Positions 58,434-64,000 of a stretch of DNA of 64,000 nt are shown piece after piece. The notes below the pieces were generated by a model that saw nothing but the letters and a program-made list of their open reading frames with translations, ran no database searches and was not told the origin of the DNA. The stretch is from Thermodesulfobacteriota bacterium (GTDB lineage Bacteria > Desulfobacterota > Binatia > Bin18). Position numbers and translations under genes: made by a program. The stretch spans positions 1,952,001 through 2,016,000 of the forward strand of contig OZ219926.1 of NCBI GenBank assembly GCA_964291405.2, written 5' to 3'. Numbering within the stretch: position 1 is the first letter of the stretch; every line of letters begins with the position of its first letter.

Positions 58434-59528
58434 ATGACACAACTCGATTCACCGATGCAGATTGGCATGGCCGCAATCTGCCAAAATCCGGCCCAGAAGA
58501 TCTCGGACTATGAAGTCTACAAAAATGAAATGCGGCTGGCCGATTTGGCCGAGCCGCTGGGCTTTGATTCAATTTGGAGCGTTGAGCACCACTTTACCGA
58601 TTACACCATGGTGCCTGATGTCCTTCAGTTTCTGACCTATATGGCCGGCCGGACCAAGACAGTCAAACTCGGCTCGATGGTCGTCGTGCTGCCCTGGCAT
58701 GATCCCATGCGGGCGGCAGAAGAAATCGCCATGTTGGACGATATGTGCGACGGGCGACTGATTCTCGGGCTTGGCCGCGGCGCTGGGCAGGTCGAGTTTG
58801 AGGGTTTCCGGGTCGATATGGGCGAGTCTCGCGAACGCTTTGTTGAGGCCGCGGATATGGTCCTGACCGGACTCGAACAGGGCTACTGCGAGTATCAGGG
58901 TCAGTATTATACCCAGCCCAAGAAAGATATCCGTCCCAAGCCGTTCAAATCCTTTAAGGGCCGGACGTATGCCGCCGCGGTGTCACCTGAGTCATCCGAG
59001 ATCATGGCCCGTCTGGGCGTCGGCATCCTGATCATTCCCCAGAAGCCGTGGGAAGACGTGGCGGTCGAGTTGGATACGTACCGGACGGTCTATCGTGAGG
59101 CCAACGGAACCGAGGCACCGGCGCCGGTCGCCGGCGGCTGGGTCTTCTGCGATAAGGATGCTGGCCGCGCCGAAGAGATGGCCCGGCGTTACATTGGCGC
59201 CTACTGGCAGTCGGCCATGAAGCACTACAATTTTGGTGGTGACCATTTCGCCAAGACCAAGGGCTACGAATACTACGGCAAGATGTCTGAGGCCATGGGC
59301 AGCGTCGAAGGCGTGACCGACTTTTTCCTCAACCTCCAGGTCTGGGGCACGCCGGACCAGTGTTTTGAGAAAGTCCTTGAGATCCGCTCCAAGATCGGCT
59401 GCGACGCCTTCACCGGTGTGTTCAGCTATGGCGGCATGCCGTATGAAGACAGCGAGCAGAGCATGCGTCTGTTCGCGGCCGAGGTCATGCCGCGCTTGCA
59501 GCAGTTGGACCAAAAAGCGGTCGCCTAA
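58434..59528 (+). CDS. LLM-class flavin-dependent oxidoreductase
   Basis: GFDSIWSVEHHF, VLPWHDP.R.AE and GTPDQC motifs. Confidence 0.92.
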   Translation: MTQLDSPMQIGMAAICQNPAQKISDYEVYKNEMRLADLAEPLGFDSIWSVEHHFTDYTMVPDVLQFLTYMAGRTKTVKLGSMVVVLPWHDPMRAAEEIAMLDDMCDGRLILGLGRGAGQVEFEGFRVDMGESRERFVEAADMVLTGLEQGYCEYQGQYYTQPKKDIRPKPFKSFKGRTYAAAVSPESSEIMARLGVGILIIPQKPWEDVAVELDTYRTVYREANGTEAPAPVAGGWVFCDKDAGRAEEMARRYIGAYWQSAMKHYNFGGDHFAKTKGYEYYGKMSEAMGSVEGVTDFFLNLQVWGTPDQCFEKVLEIRSKIGCDAFTGVFSYGGMPYEDSEQSMRLFAAEVMPRLQQLDQKAVA

Positions 59529-59596
59529 GGCTCCTTTCATTCACTCGGCTCCCGCCCATGTCACTGGGTGGGAGCCGCACTCTTCCCTCTCGATCC

Positions 59597-59899
59597 TTAC
59601 TGTCCTGCCGTTGGTCGTGGCTCGTAGCGCTTGACCTCGATTTCATCCTCACGCGCTTGCGCCTGCGCCACATAGTAAGCGGCCTGCAATCGTATCCATG
59701 TCTCCGTTGTAGAACCAAAAGCTTTCGCCAGCCCGACCGCCATGTCGGGAGACATGCGAGCATGACAATTCACCAAGTTCGAGAGTGCCCGGCGGCTGAC
59801 GCCAAGCACCTTTGCGCTTTCGGTGACATTCAATCCGAGCGGTTCCAGACAGGACACCCGGACAATCTTGCCGGGGTGCGGCGGATTCTTCATCGGCAC
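59597..59899 (-). CDS. higA: HigA family antitoxin (no adjacent higB)
   Basis: MKNPPHPG..LGVSR.ALS.LVN..MA..LAKAFGST.E.W..LQ..Y. Confidence 0.9.
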   Translation of the reverse strand: MPMKNPPHPGKIVRVSCLEPLGLNVTESAKVLGVSRRALSNLVNCHARMSPDMAVGLAKAFGSTTETWIRLQAAYYVAQAQAREDEIEVKRYEPRPTAGQ

Positions 59900-59937
59900 G
59901 GTGGCTCTCCTTTCAGTTAAACGAGAGCCCCATCACC

Positions 59938-60162
59938 TTAAACGTCTCTCTTGCGTGACTCACCCACGGCGTCCAGAATATCCGCCGTAGTGGCCCGTGT
60001 CTTGACTCCCGGTACATCAAACGGTGATCTAGGTACGTTTTTTTTGACTTTGAGAGAAAAAACGCTGCCGTCTCGTCTGCGAATTTCTACTTCTTCTTTT
60101 TGCGCAAGAATCAACAGTTGGGCGAGATTCTGACGCGCTTCCGAATAAGTAAATGCCTTCAT
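59938..60162 (-). CDS. Phd/YefM-like antitoxin
   Basis: FTYSEARQNLAQLL..EVEIRRRDG. Confidence 0.85.
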   Translation of the reverse strand: MKAFTYSEARQNLAQLLILAQKEEVEIRRRDGSVFSLKVKKNVPRSPFDVPGVKTRATTADILDAVGESRKRDV

Positions 60163-60168
60163 GGGTAC

Positions 60169-60558
60169 TCACTCCAGTATGTCGATCCCTAGATCACGAG
60201 CTATTTGCTTCATTCTTTTATCCAGTGACATGAGAGATTGAACCAAGGATTTTGCGCAGAGTAAAAAATACGCATCGTAGGCGTAAATATTGTATTCAAT
60301 GGCCAACTCAAGCGCCTGCTGAACATCGATGCTGACCAGCCTGACTGGAATAAGGTTTGCCGCCTTTTCGGCGGCCAATGCTTCGCCTTTGGAAATGCGT
60401 CCGCGCTTGGTCATCGCAGAAAGAGCGTTGCCAATTTCATAGGGCAGTATTTCCGGGGCACTCAATACCGCGTCCGACGTGACTTCTATTATGTGCCCCT
60501 TTTGCGGCTCGTCCAATGCGATAGCAAGGAAGATGTTCGTGTCGGCGACCACATTCAT
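60169..60558 (-). CDS. vapC: VapC PIN-domain toxin
   Basis: VADTNIF, YEIGNAL, YAYDAYF and SLDKRM motifs. Confidence 0.9.
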   Translation of the reverse strand: MNVVADTNIFLAIALDEPQKGHIIEVTSDAVLSAPEILPYEIGNALSAMTKRGRISKGEALAAEKAANLIPVRLVSIDVQQALELAIEYNIYAYDAYFLLCAKSLVQSLMSLDKRMKQIARDLGIDILE

Positions 60559-60751
60559 AGTGACAATTGTACAACTAAAAAGCGACCCGAAAAAGAGGCG
60601 TTGAAGCAGGACGGCCCGTACAGGCCGTCAGCAAGTCAAAGGCCCAATCGGAGGATTGGAATTATCCGAATATGACAAGCCCCCGAGGGAGTACTCTCTC
60701 AGGGGTTCGCGTGAATTGATGGGTCAGATCAAAGATGCCGCTTCGGTGAGC

Positions 60752-61195
60752 ACCGCTGCGCCACCGATAAGGGCCGGACGTCTTGCCCGGCCTCGGGAAT
60801 CACCTGGCTCATCCGTGCCCTCCACTCTTGCGGAGTGGCGCCGGCCTCCCTTCGAGCTGTAGCAAGGCTTTTTTTAACAAGGCGTTCTCCATTGTCAGCT
60901 GCCCTACCATCCGTTCCAACTCCGCTAGCTTCGCCTCGTCCTGATACGGCCGCCCGTTCCCCGCAAACGCCTCCTCGGCGTACCGGCGATGTCACTGCCG
61001 CCACTTGCCTACTTGCGTCGGATGCACTCGATATTCCCGCGCTACCTGGGCCACCGCCTTGCCCGCTTCGACTTCTCGGATCACCTGTAACTTAAATTCT
61101 CGGGTAAACTGTCGTCGCTTCAGTCCCACCTGCTGTCTCCCCTTTGACCACCACCACGAGCTTATCTCTGTGTCTCAGTCAAGGGGTGCAGTCCA
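60752..61195 (-). mobile_element. Truncated IS3-family element: left IR, orfA pseudogene and start of orfB
   Basis: End TGGACTGCACCCCTTGACTGAGACAC at 61195. From GTG 61129: MGLKRRQFTREFKLQVIREV..VAQVAREY.VHP..KWRQ*..ELERMVGQLTMENALLKKA, with an internal TGA and a TTAAAAAAAG slippery site. orfB breaks off after LSVAQRC. Confidence 0.85.
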
Positions 61196-61320
61196 GACAC
61201 TTGCTACAGAGCCACATACGACGAGACCCTAAGGGAAGCACCCTCAGGGTCTCACGTGAATTCATGGGTCGGATCAAAGATATGGCTCGGGTGAGTGCCA
61301 CCCCCCCCCCGACACCCCAA

Positions 61321-62043
61321 CTATTCTGGGACCGGGCGGGCGCGTTGGTTGTAGAGCATTTTGCGTAGCTGGTCTTTCTCTTCCTGAGAGAGCTTGGTGA
61401 CGTCGAAGCCGAGGTCGCTGCCGACGGCCATGCCTTTTTTGACGCCCTCGCGTTCCGAGAGTTCCTCGAACCAGCGCTTGAAGTACTTGAACTCGTTGAT
61501 GTCCTGGCCCTGGGACTCCCAGTTGACTGTCCAGGGGTAACAGATCATGTCGGCAATGGTGTATTCGTTCCCGGCCAGATAGGGCTGCCGGTATAACTGG
61601 TTGTTCATCACGCCGAACAGGCGGTTGACCTCATCCGTAAAGCGCCGGACCGCGTAGGTCTGATCGCCCTGGTCGTCGCCCAAACGACGAAAATGGCCGC
61701 ACTCGCCACTCTTGGGTCCCTGGTTGGCCATCTGCCACATCACCCACTGGTTCACGTCGTAACGAACGCGAACATCCTGGGGATAAAACTGCCCGGCCTT
61801 CTCGGCGATATACATCATCATCGCCCCGGACTCGAAGATGCTGATCGGCTCGCCCCCGCCGAGCGGCTCGTGGTCCACCAGGGCCGGCATGCGGTTATTG
61901 GGGCAGATTCCGAGAAACTCGTCCGTGAACTGATCCCCCTGGGCGATATTGCACGGGATCATATTGTACGGCATGCCGCACTCTTCCAGCAGAATGGTGA
62001 CTTTCTTGCCGTTCGGGGTGGGCCAGTAGTGTAAATCAATCAT
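61321..62043 (-). CDS. Glutathione S-transferase, YfcG/YghU-like
   Basis: WPTPNG, PNNRMPAL, FESGA and YTIADM motifs. Confidence 0.93.
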   Translation of the reverse strand: MIDLHYWPTPNGKKVTILLEECGMPYNMIPCNIAQGDQFTDEFLGICPNNRMPALVDHEPLGGGEPISIFESGAMMMYIAEKAGQFYPQDVRVRYDVNQWVMWQMANQGPKSGECGHFRRLGDDQGDQTYAVRRFTDEVNRLFGVMNNQLYRQPYLAGNEYTIADMICYPWTVNWESQGQDINEFKYFKRWFEELSEREGVKKGMAVGSDLGFDVTKLSQEEKDQLRKMLYNQRARPVPE

Positions 62044-62071
62044 ACGTTCTTCCTCCTGAGGGTTGATTCAT

Positions 62072-62917
62072 CTAGCTCATACTCGATATAAAAGCGGCGT
62101 ACTTATCCAGAATCGGCAGGACTTTGTCTCGGCTCTCGGACGGGACGGCGAAAATGGAGCGTTCAATCCCCAGTTCCTGATACTGGTTGATAATCGCTTC
62201 CTCGGCCGGGGCCATAAAAGCGGAGACGGCCAGGTCCGAGGCCTGACGCCCGAACTTTTCCGCCCGCGCGTGCATATCGCCGATCCAGCCCTTGAGATCG
62301 GGAATTCTCGGCCCAATCGGAATCCAGCCGTCGCAGTAGTTGGCGACCCGATTCAAACCGCCTGGAGTGTGAGCGCCTAACAGAATGGGCGGATAGGGTT
62401 TCTGTAGCGGTTTGGGGTAGGACCAGATCGGATCGAAGTTCACAAACTCGCCGTGATACTCGGCTTCCTCCTCCGTCCAGATCGCCTTCATGGCCTCGAT
62501 TTTTTCTCTCAGAATCTTCCAACGTCTATCAAAGGGGGTGCCGTGATTTTCCATTTCTTCGGCATTCCAGCCGCCGCCGATCCCGAACAGCAGGCGGCCG
62601 TTCGAGAGCTGGTCTACCGTGGCCACTTCCTTGGCCAGCTTGATGGGGTCGTGTTCCTGCACCAGACAGATGCCACTGCCGACCTTGATCGTTTTCGTGG
62701 CGGCCGCAGCGGCCATCAGCGACGCGAACAAATCGTGGGTATGCCAATAGTCCCTGGGTAACTCCCCGCCACCCGGCCACGGGCTGCGCCGACTGGCCGG
62801 AATATGGGTGTGTTCCGGATACCAGACCGACTCAAAGCCGCGGTCTTCACACTCTTTGGCAAAATCGTCGGGACGGATGGCGTAATCCGTGGCGAACATG
62901 ACAATACCATATTTCAT
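62072..62917 (-). CDS. LLM-class, probably F420-dependent oxidoreductase (Rv2161c-like)
   Basis: GFESVWYPEHTHIP, GIGGGWNAEEMENHG and PKPLQKPYPPI motifs. Confidence 0.88.
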   Translation of the reverse strand: MKYGIVMFATDYAIRPDDFAKECEDRGFESVWYPEHTHIPASRRSPWPGGGELPRDYWHTHDLFASLMAAAAATKTIKVGSGICLVQEHDPIKLAKEVATVDQLSNGRLLFGIGGGWNAEEMENHGTPFDRRWKILREKIEAMKAIWTEEEAEYHGEFVNFDPIWSYPKPLQKPYPPILLGAHTPGGLNRVANYCDGWIPIGPRIPDLKGWIGDMHARAEKFGRQASDLAVSAFMAPAEEAIINQYQELGIERSIFAVPSESRDKVLPILDKYAAFISSMS

Positions 62918-62984
62918 GCTTTCCTCCTTTTATTAAAAGCTCTGTGCACTTCATGCGAATTCCACAGGGGAGTCAAGCCACAAC

Positions 62985-63011
62985 GTAGGGGCGACCCCCC
63001 GTGGTTGCCCT
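62985..63011. repeat. GTAG REP-like palindrome
   Basis: GTAGGGGCGACCCCCCGTGGTTGCCCT. Confidence 0.55.
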
Positions 63012-63071
63012 TCCCAATACCTCATCTCCAGCCCCGTCCGCTTGGACCCCCGCACCGTATTCGCTCCGGTG

Positions 63072-63956
63072 TTATAAACTGCTGTACCACTTGGCCAATT
63101 CGGTCCCGATGAGATGGGGGTTGTCCTCTTGGACGAAATGAATGCCCGCGCCAATGTCGACCACTTGCAGATTCGGGAGATTTTGCTGACACCACGCAAC
63201 GGCTTGGGCATCGATGATCCCTCCTGGGGTGGCGGACAAGAGCAACTTCGGCAGCCGGGATTGCTGGAGTTTGCGGTTGTACTCCTCCACCATCGCCACG
63301 ACGGCGGCGGGCTCCCCCGCGATCGGAATCTCGTTCGGCCACCGCCACAACGGCTTGCGACTCGGCGGGTCGATGTACGGCGCCCGGTAGTGGTCCATTT
63401 CGGCGTCCGTGAGGTCGCGAACGACCAACGAGGGCAAGACCTGCTCCACGAACATATGCTGATTGACGATCATGTCCCAGCCGACCTCCGGGGTCCGGAA
63501 GGCTTGAAACGTCTCCTTTAGGTCCGGGGGCATCGCGTCCCAACTCGGGATTGGCATTAAAATCGCCTCCATGAACGCAAGCGCCTTGATGTTCGCTTCG
63601 TTGCGCATGGCATAGTGGAACCCTAAGGCCGAGCCCCAGTCGTGAATGACGAGGGTGAGATTCTGTAAGCCGAGCGTTTCAATAAAGCCCTCGACGTATT
63701 GGGCGTGATCAAAAAATGAATAGTCGATATCGGGCTTGTCCGATTTGCCCATCCCGATCAGATCCATAGCGATACAGCGCGCATGGGATTGGACGTGGGG
63801 GATAATATTCCGCCACAGATACGACGAGGTCGGATTCCCGTGCAGGAACAGCACGGGATCGCCGTTGCCTTCCTCGATATAATGAATCCGCGAACCGTGC
63901 ACCTCCGCGTAGTGGGATGCATAAGGGAAATCCGCTGAAATGGCTTGAGTCTTCAT
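63072..63956 (-). CDS. dhaA: Haloalkane dehalogenase (HLD-II)
   Basis: [52 protein letters not shown] and HFVQED motifs. Confidence 0.92.
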   Translation of the reverse strand: MKTQAISADFPYASHYAEVHGSRIHYIEEGNGDPVLFLHGNPTSSYLWRNIIPHVQSHARCIAMDLIGMGKSDKPDIDYSFFDHAQYVEGFIETLGLQNLTLVIHDWGSALGFHYAMRNEANIKALAFMEAILMPIPSWDAMPPDLKETFQAFRTPEVGWDMIVNQHMFVEQVLPSLVVRDLTDAEMDHYRAPYIDPPSRKPLWRWPNEIPIAGEPAAVVAMVEEYNRKLQQSRLPKLLLSATPGGIIDAQAVAWCQQNLPNLQVVDIGAGIHFVQEDNPHLIGTELAKWYSSL

Positions 63957-64000
63957 GGTGTGTTTCCTTTTGTGTACAGTCTCCGTTCCCGGATGGATGT

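Noticed and set aside
60992-60994. In-frame TGA in IS3 orfA as a third selenocysteine
   Set aside because: It is not at a Cys-type position, no SECIS-like hairpin is evident, and the element is truncated, so it is an ordinary nonsense mutation.
1-64000. tRNA (including selC), rRNA, canonical CRISPR-cas, integrase or prophage genes
   Set aside because: None recognised by eye. The Sec machinery and any recombinase must lie outside this window if they exist.

Overview
This GC-rich bacterial window is packed with catabolic and redox genes: SDRs, acyl-CoA dehydrogenases, luciferase-like monooxygenases, cyclase-family hydrolases, a CoA transferase, a DMFase-like subunit, a CamK-like crotonase, a reductive-dehalogenase-like protein and a haloalkane dehalogenase. 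It also carries gnd-glk, two moeA genes, arsM-arsS, trpB2, many intact and broken type II toxin-antitoxin genes, REP-type palindromes and an IS3 remnant. The gene content suggests a sponge-symbiont-like Binatia/deltaproteobacterium (inference only). Three things stand out. (1) A solo Cas7/RAMP-like gene (16941-17654, -) runs into a phased (GGC-NN)x14 pentamer array (16972-17047) with no CRISPR array or other cas genes, a candidate non-CRISPR RNA-guided module. It lies in a ~4.5 kb segment between two halves of a split HTH antitoxin gene and is coupled to a large secreted protein gene. (2) A linalool dehydratase/isomerase-like gene (54936-56474, +) has TGA at both positions matching the active-site cysteines (U-x8-U), each followed by a SECIS-like hairpin, so it is a probable di-selenocysteine enzyme that the ORF track splits in two. 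(3) A second hidden selenoprotein (GrdB/PrdB-like, UxxC) lies at 10605-11414. All calls come from motif recognition by eye; no database searches were run.
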